Positions 9,959-19,276 of a stretch of 64,000 nucleotides of DNA are shown here, piece after piece; the stretch's first letter is position 1; the number at the start of each line of letters is the position of its first letter. Both the position numbers and the translations under genes were made by a program. The notes under the pieces are model-generated. The model was not told where the DNA came from and did no database searches. It was given only the letters and a program-made list of their open reading frames with translations. This DNA comes from Phycisphaerales bacterium (GTDB lineage Bacteria; Planctomycetota; Phycisphaerae; Phycisphaerales; UBA1924): positions 3,104,001 through 3,168,000 of the forward strand of contig OZ245777.1 of the NCBI GenBank assembly GCA_965227775.1, in the 5' to 3' direction.

Positions 9959-10101
9959 CGGTGTCTCCTTCGCGTGCGAGCGTGGGATAGCGCGAAGGAC
10001 AGCAACGCCCCCGAGCCGATCGCTCACGCCAGATGCGGGTCTATCCACGGATTCGGGTTGCACCGATGCACCGATGCAGCAACCACCAGATTTGTCGAAT
10101 C

Positions 10102-10132
10102 AAAAGAAAAGGCCCGCAGCAGCGTGCGGGCC
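10102..10132 (-). terminator. Intrinsic terminator after hppA
   Basis: GGCCCGCA/TGCGGGCC stem followed by TTTTCTTTT on the minus strand. Confidence 0.75.
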
Positions 10133-10175
10133 GAAAGGGAGACGTGTCAGGCCTGTTGCGTAAGAACTCGGCCGG

Positions 10176-13016
10176 TTAGCTCAGGCCAAGCGCCGAACCG
10201 ATCGCCGGGGCGAATTTCACCACCAGGCCGGCGAACACCACCGCCACCGAGCTCAGCAGCTTTATGAGGATGTTGAGCGAGGGCCCGGACGTGTCCTTGA
10301 ACGGGTCGCCCACGGTGTCGCCCACGACGGTGGCCTTGTGATCGTCGCTGCCCTTGCCGTAGACGTACTCGTCGCCGCGGCCGCTCTCGACCATCTCGCG
10401 AGCGCGGGCGAGGATGTCGTCGCGGATGTCTGCGGGGATCTTCTCACGCTTGGCCGAGTCGTTGAGAGCATCGGTCGCAGTGATGCGGCCGTAGCTCTCC
10501 AGCAGCTTCTTGGCGTTGTCCCATGCACCGCCGGCGTTGGCCATGAAGACCGCGACCGCGAAGCCGGTGATCAGACCACCAGCCAGGAGGCCCATGACGC
10601 CACTGACGCCCAGGATCATGCCGGTGCCCACGGGCACAAGCACTGCCAGGATACTCGGCAGCACCATCTCCTTGAGGGCGCCGTTGGTGGCGATCGTCAC
10701 GCAACGGGCGTAGTCGGGGTACGCCTCGCTGCCCGATCCCACCTGGTTCGGCCAGCTCTGCGGGTTGGCAATGTCCTCTTCACTCATGCCCTGCTTGCGG
10801 AACAGCGTGCGCATTTCGCCAAACTGGCGGCGACACTCCTGCATCATGATGTTTGCGGCACGACCCACCGCATCCATGGTCAATGCACAGAACAGGAACG
10901 TCAGCATCACGCCGATGAACAGGCCACCCAGCAGGCTCGGATTCGTCATCGTCACGTTGTAAAACGTCAGGATGTCGGAGATTGTGATCTGCCCGGTGGA
11001 CACGGCGCGGATGGTGATCGAGTGCGAGTGATCATCGTGCGGAAGGTCGCCCACAAGGGTCAGGTTCCGCGACGTCGCGAGGTCACCCTCCCACATCAGC
11101 GTGAACTCCATGCCCGGCTGGACGAGGGCGAGTGCCCCGCCGCCGCCGAAGTGCCCACGCTCTGCGATCTCATCAAACTGGCTGGGATCGAGAATGATCG
11201 CACCGCCGGTGTAATTGCCGCCATCACGGCCCTCGCCTGGTGCCATGATGCCAAAGCGCCGGTGCCCCTCGTAGATCGCGACTGCGCCCTGGAGCTCCGC
11301 CGTGCCATCGGCCGTCATCACGGCGATCTGCTCGTCGGCAAACTTCGTCGTCTGCTTGTCGACGTGGTACTGCACGACCTGCACATATGCCGCAAGCAGG
11401 GCAAGCGCAGTGAGGGCAGCCGAGCCGATCGCGAAGCCCTTGCCCGTGGCGGCAGTCGTGTTACCGATCGAGTCGAGCAGGTCGGTGCGCTCGCGGACCT
11501 CAGGGGGCTGGCCGGCCATCTCGGCGTTGCCGCCCGCGTTGTCGGCGATCGGGCCGTACGCGTCGGTTGCCAGCGTGATGCCAAGCGTCGCGAGCATGCC
11601 GACGGCCGCAATGCCCACGCCGTACAGACCCATGAGCAGGTTCTCGTTGCCGCCCGAGATGCCGAAGGCCAGCAGGATGGCAACAACAACCGCGAAGATC
11701 GAGAGCCACGTGCTCTTCATGCCCTCGGCGATGCCGGTGATAATGACGGTGGCCGGACCCGTGATGGCCTGGCTGGCGATCCGCTTGGTGGGCGGGTGCT
11801 CGTAGCTGGTGCAGTATTCGGTCCACCATGCGATGACCAGGCCGCTCACCAGGCCAGCGGAGATCGAACCGCCGAACTGGTACCACTTCACGCCCAGCAG
11901 CCGGGCAGTGTCAGCATCGCCGAGAAGCAGATAGGGCACGCCGAATGCAGCCAGCAGGAGAAGGCCCGATGCCAGCCACACGCCCATGTGAAGGCTCTTG
12001 AGCAGGTCCTTGAAGCCCGCGTCTTCCTTCGTCCGCACGGCGAACACGCCGATGATCGACGCGATGATGCCTACACCCGCGAGCACGATGGGAAGCGTGC
12101 CGACCTTCATGGCCAGGTCGAAGCCGCCCTCCATACCACGGAGCACGGTCACGCTGAAGGCCGCCGACACGCCAAGGGCGATCGCGGCGATGATGCTCGA
12201 GTAGTAGCTCTCGTACAGGTCGGCGCCCATGCCAGCCACGTCGCCGACGTTGTCGCCCACGTTGTCGGCGATGGTCGCCGGGTTACGGGCGTCGTCTTCG
12301 GGGATGCCGGCCTCGACCTTTCCGACGAGGTCGGCGCCGACGTCGGCGGCCTTCGTGAAGATGCCACCACCCACGCGGGCAAACAGAGCCTGGAGCGAAG
12401 CACCCATCTTGAATGAGATCAGGACGGTCACCATCGCGGCCAGCAGGCCCTCTCGGTTACCTTCTTCTGCCAGGCTGAAGGCGCCGAGCTTGTCGCCGAA
12501 GCCGATGAAGAAGAAGTACCAGAAGCTCAGATCGAGGATTGCAACACCCACGCATGTCAGGCCCATAACGGCACCCGAGCGAAATGCAACGGTGAGGCCA
12601 TCGTTGAGGCTCGCCTTACAGGCGGTCGCCGTGCGTGCGCTTGCGTTGGTTGCCATCCGCATGCCGAACCAGCCGCAGAGACCGCTCAGGAAACCGGCGA
12701 CCGGCACGCCCAGCATGGCCCACACCGGCTCGAGTTCGGCCCACACCATCAGGCCCAGCACGGCGATGAGGAAGATGAATACCACCCCCACAACCTTGTA
12801 CTGGCTCTTGAGGTAGGCCATTGCGCCCTCGCGGACGGCTTGAGCGATGCGGACGGTCTCGCCCTCACCCTCGTTCTTGCTCATGACGCTGTTGCGGAGG
12901 TAGACCGCCGTGGCCAGCGCGGCCACGCCGGCGATCGGCGCGATGTAGTACGGCGCGGGGATGTCGCTGATAGCCCCGAGCGTGAGGGGCAGCGATGGCG
13001 TCGATGGCACGGGCAT
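10176..13016 (-). CDS. hppA: Membrane-bound ion-translocating pyrophosphatase, K+-dependent type (probably Na+ or Na+,H+ PPase)
   Basis: GGGIFTKAADVGADLVGKVE, DNVGDNVGD, DNAGG, GNTTAA, GDTVGDPFKDT. Confidence 0.95.
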   Translation of the reverse strand: MPVPSTPSLPLTLGAISDIPAPYYIAPIAGVAALATAVYLRNSVMSKNEGEGETVRIAQAVREGAMAYLKSQYKVVGVVFIFLIAVLGLMVWAELEPVWAMLGVPVAGFLSGLCGWFGMRMATNASARTATACKASLNDGLTVAFRSGAVMGLTCVGVAILDLSFWYFFFIGFGDKLGAFSLAEEGNREGLLAAMVTVLISFKMGASLQALFARVGGGIFTKAADVGADLVGKVEAGIPEDDARNPATIADNVGDNVGDVAGMGADLYESYYSSIIAAIALGVSAAFSVTVLRGMEGGFDLAMKVGTLPIVLAGVGIIASIIGVFAVRTKEDAGFKDLLKSLHMGVWLASGLLLLAAFGVPYLLLGDADTARLLGVKWYQFGGSISAGLVSGLVIAWWTEYCTSYEHPPTKRIASQAITGPATVIITGIAEGMKSTWLSIFAVVVAILLAFGISGGNENLLMGLYGVGIAAVGMLATLGITLATDAYGPIADNAGGNAEMAGQPPEVRERTDLLDSIGNTTAATGKGFAIGSAALTALALLAAYVQVVQYHVDKQTTKFADEQIAVMTADGTAELQGAVAIYEGHRRFGIMAPGEGRDGGNYTGGAIILDPSQFDEIAERGHFGGGGALALVQPGMEFTLMWEGDLATSRNLTLVGDLPHDDHSHSITIRAVSTGQITISDILTFYNVTMTNPSLLGGLFIGVMLTFLFCALTMDAVGRAANIMMQECRRQFGEMRTLFRKQGMSEEDIANPQSWPNQVGSGSEAYPDYARCVTIATNGALKEMVLPSILAVLVPVGTGMILGVSGVMGLLAGGLITGFAVAVFMANAGGAWDNAKKLLESYGRITATDALNDSAKREKIPADIRDDILARAREMVESGRGDEYVYGKGSDDHKATVVGDTVGDPFKDTSGPSLNILIKLLSSVAVVFAGLVVKFAPAIGSALGLS

Positions 13017-13178
13017 GGGGCGGGGTCCCTTCTACGAGATTCGAGTTTCGGGCTCACGTCCGATGAAAACTCACACGGACGGATCGCGAGAAGGGCCGAT
13101 CATAGATCGGACAACCCCACTTTCCGACCCGCACGCGCGGGGAATCTGCCCCTACTCCCATCCGGAGCATCCCGCCCC

Positions 13179-13424
13179 ATGCCCGTGACGCTCAAGACCG
13201 TGATTGGTTTCGCCCTGGCATTCGCCCTCGGGGCGGCCTGCCGCTGGATCGACATCCCCGTGCCGGCGCCCAACAAGCTGATCGGGGCCCTGCTGGTCCT
13301 TGCCGTCACCCTGGGGTACCTGGCGGCCGACCGGGCCCTGCCGACGCTGGACGCCGCCGCCCAGACCGACCCGGCCCCGGCAGAAAAAACCCGCGACGAT
13401 CCAAGGACCGCCGCGGGCGAATGA
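13179..13424 (+). CDS. XapX/DUF1427-family small membrane protein
   Basis: Two TM segments flanking IPVPAP; GGAG RBS. Confidence 0.7.
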   Translation: MPVTLKTVIGFALAFALGAACRWIDIPVPAPNKLIGALLVLAVTLGYLAADRALPTLDAAAQTDPAPAEKTRDDPRTAAGE

Positions 13425-13496
13425 CCCCACCGGGATTCGAACCCGGGTTTCCAGGATGAGAACCTGGCGTCCTGGACCAGACTAGACGATGGGGCC
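13422..13496 (-). tRNA. tRNA-Glu (CTC)
   Basis: GGCCCCA acceptor stem, anticodon arm CCAGG-TTCTCAT-CCTGG, T-loop GGTTCGAATCC; no encoded CCA. Confidence 0.95.
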
Positions 13497-13524
13497 AGTC
13501 GGCAAAGCAAAAACGCCAGAGGCA

Positions 13525-13553
13525 ACGCTACCAGGGATGGGGGGCGGGGTCAA
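13525..13553 (-). promoter_or_regulatory. sigma70-type promoter of tRNA-Glu
   Basis: TTGACC-N17-TAGCGT with TGn extended -10. Confidence 0.6.
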
Positions 13554-13632
13554 CTTGCTCGTGGCGGAGGTTCGTGGATCGGCTTGCGTCGAGGGGCGAT
13601 TGCTGGTATGTTGGGGCGAGAAGGAGAGCCCC

Positions 13633-14946
13633 ATGCCGCACACCCGCCGCTTCGTCTCCGCCGCGTTGCTTGCCAGCCTTGCGGTGGCTCCATCTGTCGC
13701 GCTGGCCCAGGCGTGCGACCCGGACGGCATCTTCGCGCCGCAGGTGGAGTATGGCACGGGCACCCGCACGTTCTCCATTGCCATTGGCGATCTCAACGGC
13801 GATGGTGTAGCCGACCTAGCGGTGACCAACTTCACCAGCGAGGACGTCAGCGTGCTGCTCAACAACGGCGACGGCACCTTCGCGCCCGAGGTGCGCTACG
13901 ACGGGGGCCGCCTGCCCCGGTCGGTAGCGATCGGCGACCTCGACGGGGACGGTGACAACGACCTTGCCGTGGCGTTCCAGATCAGCGATGGCATTCGGAT
14001 CCTGGTCAACAGTGGCGATGGCACTTTGGTGCCGGGCAGGCTTTTGAGCACCGAGGAGAATCCGTTCTCTGTGGCGATCGCCGACCTGGATGGTGACGGC
14101 GACGCCGACCTGGCCGCAACCAGCTACACCATGGCCAGCGTGAGCGTGCTGCTGAACGATGGCGATGGCGGTTTTGCGCCCCAGTTGGTCTACAGCGTGG
14201 GCGACGATCCTCAGTCCCTGGCGATCGGGGACCTGGACAACGATGGCGACGCCGATCTTGTGACGGCAAACTCGCGCGCCCTCTCGGGCGGTGGCGCCAG
14301 CGACGCGAGCGTACTACTGAACAACGGCGACGGCACCCTTGCCCCCGAAGTTCGATACGCCACTGGCAACCGCACCTCCTCCGTGGCCGTGGGCGATCTA
14401 GATGGCGACGGATACCCGGACTTGGCCGTCGCCAACTTCCAGACCGACAACGTGGGCGTGCTGCGCAACAACGGCAACGGCACCTTCGGGCGGCCGGCGT
14501 TCTACAACGTGGGCGACGAACCCTTCTCCGTAGCGATCGGCGACCTGGACGGCGACGGCGATCTGGACCTGGCGACGGCCAACACCGATCGCGACAGTGA
14601 GGTCATCAGCGTGCTGGCCAACAGCGGCGACGGTACGTTCGCGCCCCAGGCGTTCTACGGCGTGGGCAGCGAGCCGTTCTTCGTCGCCATCGGCGACCTT
14701 GATGGCGACAGCGACGCCGACATGGCCGTGGCAAACTTTCAGAACAGCACCATCGGCGTGCTGCTCAATCGGTGCGACTGCCGCGTTGACTTCGACGGCA
14801 ATGGCGAGTTGTCGTTAACGGATTACCTTGCCTTCCAGATCGCCTTCATGGCCGGCGACCCGGCGGCGGACTTCGACGGCGATGGCCGGCTCAACGTGTT
14901 CGACTTCCTGTTCTTCCAGAACGAGTTCCTGGCCGGCTGCCCCTGA
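13633..14946 (+). CDS. FG-GAP/VCBS repeat beta-propeller protein with C-terminal GC-type dockerin-like domain
   Basis: Signal peptide; 7 repeats of IGDLDGDG..DLA; tail DFDGDGRLNVFDFLFFQNEFLAGCP; AAGGAG RBS. Confidence 0.88.
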   Translation: MPHTRRFVSAALLASLAVAPSVALAQACDPDGIFAPQVEYGTGTRTFSIAIGDLNGDGVADLAVTNFTSEDVSVLLNNGDGTFAPEVRYDGGRLPRSVAIGDLDGDGDNDLAVAFQISDGIRILVNSGDGTLVPGRLLSTEENPFSVAIADLDGDGDADLAATSYTMASVSVLLNDGDGGFAPQLVYSVGDDPQSLAIGDLDNDGDADLVTANSRALSGGGASDASVLLNNGDGTLAPEVRYATGNRTSSVAVGDLDGDGYPDLAVANFQTDNVGVLRNNGNGTFGRPAFYNVGDEPFSVAIGDLDGDGDLDLATANTDRDSEVISVLANSGDGTFAPQAFYGVGSEPFFVAIGDLDGDSDADMAVANFQNSTIGVLLNRCDCRVDFDGNGELSLTDYLAFQIAFMAGDPAADFDGDGRLNVFDFLFFQNEFLAGCP

Positions 14947-14954
14947 GCCTGCCC

Positions 14955-15794
14955 CTAGGCCGGCCCCAGCAGCACCAGCACGGTCACGTTGTAGCACGCG
15001 TGCGCCCCCACCGCGAGGCCGAAGCCCCGCAGCAGATAGATGCCGCCCAGGTAAAGCCCACCCACGAGGTAGAGCAGCGCGGGGGCAATCGCCAGGCCCG
15101 AGCTCGTCCACACGTCGTGGTAGAGCATGAAGGCAATGGCGCTCACCGGCAGCGCGATCGCGACCGTGACGCCGGGCCTCAGGCGGCACAAGTCGGCCAA
15201 CACCGCGTGCAGCAGCGCGAGCAACGCCATGCGGAAGAGCAGCTCTTCGTAGAGCCCGGCACCGATAGCAATGACCATTCGCGCCTGCCAACTCAAATGG
15301 CCCAGGGCGTCCAGGCTCGCGGGAACGAGCGGCTCGGGCGTTGCCGGCGCCCCGACAGCAGCGGTCTCGGTCACCCGCGTCAGTACTCCGGCAAAGAGCA
15401 AGAGCGGAACCATCCACGCAACCGCTTCGGCGAACATCAGCGGCACGACGAGGGGCTTGAGCCTCCACCGCCGCTTCTCGAATACGTGCCACAGGAGCAG
15501 CACCACCACGATGACTGCTGCCGGCAGCGAGTAACCAACCACCGTCGAAGGCGACACGCCCAGGGTCTCCATCGCCCCGGCGATCATGGCCCATGCGCGG
15601 ACACCGCCAGAGGCGGCCAGTTCCTCGTGGTGCAGCGCCAGTCCGACCTCGTAGATCAGTATGAGCGGGATCAGAAAACCCAGCACGTGCAACGGTGTGC
15701 GCGAAGCGCGGGCGTACTCGGCTAGCGCCGGGCCTTCGGGCGACTCATCTCGTGGCTTCGGATCGGCGCTCTTTGGCGCAGACGTGCGTGGCAT
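14955..15794 (-). CDS. CPBP (Rce1/Abi) family glutamic intramembrane protease
   Basis: AGLYEELLFR, FMLYH, HACYN motifs; multiple TM segments. Confidence 0.85.
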   Translation of the reverse strand: MPRTSAPKSADPKPRDESPEGPALAEYARASRTPLHVLGFLIPLILIYEVGLALHHEELAASGGVRAWAMIAGAMETLGVSPSTVVGYSLPAAVIVVVLLLWHVFEKRRWRLKPLVVPLMFAEAVAWMVPLLLFAGVLTRVTETAAVGAPATPEPLVPASLDALGHLSWQARMVIAIGAGLYEELLFRMALLALLHAVLADLCRLRPGVTVAIALPVSAIAFMLYHDVWTSSGLAIAPALLYLVGGLYLGGIYLLRGFGLAVGAHACYNVTVLVLLGPA

Positions 15795-15820
15795 GCGGCC
15801 AATCGTAAACGGCGTGCGCC

Positions 15821-15853
15821 AAAAAACAAAAACCCGTCGCTCGGAGCGACGGG
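15821..15853 (-). terminator. Intrinsic terminator after rpsT
   Basis: CCCGTCGCT/AGCGACGGG stem followed by TTTTTGTTTTTT. Confidence 0.8.
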
Positions 15854-15891
15854 CCGTGTACTGAATCACCTGTAGCAAGGATGCCGGTCGG

Positions 15892-16164
15892 TTAGCCGCC
15901 GGTGGCCTTCGCCTTGAGCCTCGCGTTCAGGCGGCTCTTGCGGCGGGCGGCCTGATTGGGGTGGATGACACCCTTGGACGCGGTGCGATCGAGCACCTTC
16001 TGCACGGTGAGGAACGCGGCCTTGGCCTCGTCGACCGAGCCGTGGGCCAGCTTCTCGTTGAAGTCCTTGATCGCCTCGCGCATGGCCTTGAGACGCCAGC
16101 GATTGCGGGCGCGGTGGCGTTCGTTCTGGCGGATGCGCTTGCGTGCAGAAACCGTGTGGGCCAT
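15892..16164 (-). CDS. rpsT: 30S ribosomal protein S20
   Basis: MAHTVSARKRIRQNE..RN..LDR..KGVIHPN.AARRKSRL. Confidence 0.96.
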   Translation of the reverse strand: MAHTVSARKRIRQNERHRARNRWRLKAMREAIKDFNEKLAHGSVDEAKAAFLTVQKVLDRTASKGVIHPNQAARRKSRLNARLKAKATGG

Positions 16165-16385
16165 GAGCGAACCATTCCTCCTTGGAACTCGCCGCCGATA
16201 CAAAAGGGCGAGCGAGCGAAACGGGCCTTTGGACGAGATGAGGCCGATTCCCGCAACTGCGCGACGCCGGCCTCGTCGCCAAGAGCACGCCTTGAGTGGA
16301 GGGATTATTGCCGGCCATGCCCCCCCCGATCAAGCGCCGCGGGCAGGAAACCGGCCCCGAATCCCACGCAGCGACCCCCAGGGCG

Positions 16386-16415
16386 TTGCCCGGGGCCGGG
16401 GGTCCGTGCTATCAT
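16386..16415 (+). promoter_or_regulatory. sigma70-type promoter of tRNA-Arg
   Basis: TTGCCC-N18-TATCAT with TGn extended -10 and GC-rich discriminator. Confidence 0.55.
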
Positions 16416-16433
16416 CGCCCCGCGTTCACGCGA

Positions 16434-16507
16434 GCGGGTGTAGCTCAACTGGATAGAGCACCTGACTACGGATCAGGAGGTTTGGGGTTCGAATCCCTAC
16501 ACCCGTG
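16434..16507 (+). tRNA. tRNA-Arg (ACG)
   Basis: GCGGGTG acceptor stem, D arm AGCTCAACTGGATAGAGC, anticodon arm CCTGA-CTACGGA-TCAGG, T-loop GGTTCGAATCC; no encoded CCA. Confidence 0.95.
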
Positions 16508-16510
16508 TTG

Positions 16511-16547
16511 AAGCGGCCCCGAAGGTAGATCTGACGGGCCGCTTTTT
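16511..16547 (+). terminator. Intrinsic terminator after tRNA-Arg
   Basis: AAGCGGCCC...GGGCCGCTT stem followed by a T run. Confidence 0.7.
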
Positions 16548-16603
16548 CGTGCGCGGTGCCTGATTGAGCCCCGCTCGGGACACCGGCGGCCGAACAATCT
16601 GGC

Positions 16604-19267
16604 ATGCTCGACGACCGCGCCCCGTCCGATCTGGCCCGCGACCAATCGACCGTGCTCGACGCCCTCGCGCAAGCCTGCGACCGCGTAGGCATGGGCGAGC
16701 ATTTCCGGGCTGGTCAGGCCATCGCCGACCGAAGCGGTTCGACAGCCACCGACGGCCAACTGGACGAAGCCGCCGCGACGCTCGCATGCATGGACCTGGG
16801 CGCCCTTGACGGTCTCATCCGCGTAGGAGCGGCCCGCTTCCACCTGCTCAACAAGGCAGAACAGCTCAACATCGTCCGCGTCAACCGCCAGCGAGAGATG
16901 GCCTCGGCAGACGGCCTCGCGCGACCCGAGTCGATCGAGCAGGCGATGGAGCGGCTGGCCACCGATGGCTTGGACGTCACCGGCATCGCTGAGGTGCTGT
17001 CACGACTGGACATCGGCCCAACGCTTACGGCCCACCCCACCGAAGCCCGCCGCCGGACCGTGCTGGACAAGCAGGCAGACGTCGCCGCCAGCGTGGCGAG
17101 GCTCGGCCGACACGACCTGACAGCGCGCGAGCGGGCCGAGGTGCACGGCCGGCTCGAGCGTGCCATCTCGCTCCTGCTCACGACCGACGACGTGCGCGTG
17201 CAGCGGTTGGACGTGCCCGCAGAAGTCCGCAACGGGCTGTACTTCGTCCGCACGACGATTTGGAGAGCCGTGCCCAGGCTCGTTCGAGACGTCGCATGGG
17301 CGGCTCGGCGGACGTTCGGCGAAGGCCAGGAGGCCATCATCGCCAACGACCTACCCGCGATGATGCGGTACCGCTCATGGATCGGCGGCGACCGCGACGG
17401 CAATCCGAATGTGACCGCGGACGTTACCCGCCGCACGCTCGGGTTGATGCGCGAGACGGCTCTCGATCTCTGGAGGCACGAACTCGCAAGGATGCACGAC
17501 GCACTGTCAGTATCCAGCCAGCGTGCCGACATGGGTAGCACGCTGCCGACCGAGGGCGAGGGCCAGTACCGCCACGAACCACTGCGCGTGAAGATCTCGG
17601 AAATGATCGAGCGGCTCGATGACGCTGGCTACACCTCGCGTCGCTTGCTCGAGGACCTGCTTGCGCTGCGGGCCGCCTTGCACCACACGAACATGCCGGG
17701 TTTGAAGCGCGTGGCCGAGGAAGGACTACTCGCCGACGCCATCACCCGAGCCCGTGCGTTCGGCCTGCACCTCGCAACGCTCGATATCCGCCAGCACTCA
17801 GGCGTCCACGCGCGCACGCTTGCGGCATTGCTCAAGCTCGCCGGCGTCGAGAAAGACTACCTATCGCTCGACGAATCCGCGAAGCTGGCCGTGCTCCGCC
17901 GCGAGCTCTCCCACGACCGCCCGCTCGCGCGAGAGGGCGCCGGCTTGAGCGACGAAGCGACCGAACTCTTGGCAACCTTGCGCGTCGTACGAGACGCAGT
18001 CGCGCGGGAGCCCGATTCGGTCCGCTGCTGGGTGATCTCGATGACCAGCCACGTGAGCGACCTGCTCGCGCTCCTGCTGCTGATGCGCGAGGTCGGACTA
18101 TTGATCCAGATCGTGCCGTTGTTCGAGACCGTCGACGACCTCGCCAACGCGCCGCGGCTTATGGATCAGGCACTCGCCGACCCGATTTTCCGAGCCCACG
18201 TCGAATCGATGAGCGACGGCGCGCCTGAACAGGAGATCATGCTGGGCTACAGCGACTCGAACAAGGATGGTGGGTTCCTGATGGCCAACGCGGCCCTGCA
18301 CGCCGCCCAGCGGCAGATCGCCGAAGTGTTCGAAAAGCATGGCGTGCGTCTGCGCTACTTCCACGGCCGAGGCGGCACAATCGGTCGCGGTGGCGGCCGC
18401 GCCGGGCGGGCGATCCTCGCGGCCCCGCCCGCGGCGCGCAGCGGGCGGCTTCGGTTCACCGAGCAGGGCGAGGTCATCACTTTCCGCTACGCCTTGCCCG
18501 CCATGGCCCGCCGGCATCTGGAGCAGATCGTGCACGCGGCGATGCTGGCCGAAGCCTCACGCACCGCAAGCGGCGGCACCAATGCGTTCGAGAGCCTGAT
18601 GCTCGAACTGGCCGGCCATGCCCGCGACGCGTACCGCTCGCTCATCGACGATGACGCGTTCTGGCCCTGGTTTACCGGCTCGAGCCCAGTGGAGCACATC
18701 GCCGGCCTGCCCATCGCATCAAGGCCCGTATCGCGGGCCACAGGAAGCAGGCTGCTCTTCGAGAATCTCCGCGCGATTCCCTGGGTCTTTTCGTGGGTGC
18801 AGATGCGCGCCCTGGCCCCGGGTTGGTACGGACTCGGGTCGGCCATCGAGCGTGCGAGCGAGTCCCAGGTTGGCGCGCTCCGCGATGCGATCGACCGGCG
18901 CGCGTTCCTCGGCACCGTGCTCGACAACGCCGCCCAGGAACTCGCACGGGCGCGCATGCCGATCTTCCGTCGCTACGCGATGCGCGGGCCGGATGGCCAG
19001 CAGATGTACGACACCATCGCCGCCGAATACGAGCGAACAAGGAACGCGATCGCGAGGCTCACCAATCGCAAGGACCTCATGGACCACGCGCCGGTCGTTG
19101 GGCACTCGATCCACGAACGCAATCCGTGGACGGACGTGCTCAATCTTGCTCAGATCGAACTTCTTACGAGATACAGCGAAGCGAACGAAGCGGACCGCGA
19201 GCGCATCGGCATCGTTTTGCAGGCCAGCGTGAATGCGATCGCCGCAGCGATGCAATCGACCGGCTGA
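16604..19267 (+). CDS. ppc: Phosphoenolpyruvate carboxylase
   Basis: LTAHPTE, SWIGGDRDGNP, VPLFET, MLGYSDSNKDGG, FHGRGGTIGRGG, LRAIPWVF, C-terminal QSTG. Confidence 0.95.
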   Translation: MLDDRAPSDLARDQSTVLDALAQACDRVGMGEHFRAGQAIADRSGSTATDGQLDEAAATLACMDLGALDGLIRVGAARFHLLNKAEQLNIVRVNRQREMASADGLARPESIEQAMERLATDGLDVTGIAEVLSRLDIGPTLTAHPTEARRRTVLDKQADVAASVARLGRHDLTARERAEVHGRLERAISLLLTTDDVRVQRLDVPAEVRNGLYFVRTTIWRAVPRLVRDVAWAARRTFGEGQEAIIANDLPAMMRYRSWIGGDRDGNPNVTADVTRRTLGLMRETALDLWRHELARMHDALSVSSQRADMGSTLPTEGEGQYRHEPLRVKISEMIERLDDAGYTSRRLLEDLLALRAALHHTNMPGLKRVAEEGLLADAITRARAFGLHLATLDIRQHSGVHARTLAALLKLAGVEKDYLSLDESAKLAVLRRELSHDRPLAREGAGLSDEATELLATLRVVRDAVAREPDSVRCWVISMTSHVSDLLALLLLMREVGLLIQIVPLFETVDDLANAPRLMDQALADPIFRAHVESMSDGAPEQEIMLGYSDSNKDGGFLMANAALHAAQRQIAEVFEKHGVRLRYFHGRGGTIGRGGGRAGRAILAAPPAARSGRLRFTEQGEVITFRYALPAMARRHLEQIVHAAMLAEASRTASGGTNAFESLMLELAGHARDAYRSLIDDDAFWPWFTGSSPVEHIAGLPIASRPVSRATGSRLLFENLRAIPWVFSWVQMRALAPGWYGLGSAIERASESQVGALRDAIDRRAFLGTVLDNAAQELARARMPIFRRYAMRGPDGQQMYDTIAAEYERTRNAIARLTNRKDLMDHAPVVGHSIHERNPWTDVLNLAQIELLTRYSEANEADRERIGIVLQASVNAIAAAMQSTG

Positions 19268-19276
19268 CGGCAAACA

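Noticed and set aside
13780..14770. Recurring DNA repeats (GCGATCGGCGACCTGGACGG-like) that could suggest a CRISPR array
   Set aside because: Degenerate, in-frame FG-GAP protein repeats, not identical repeats with unique spacers
13422..19267. tRNA-Glu or tRNA-Arg as integration sites of a genomic island
   Set aside because: No integrase, no duplicated tRNA 3' end seen, and the flanking genes are housekeeping with similar composition
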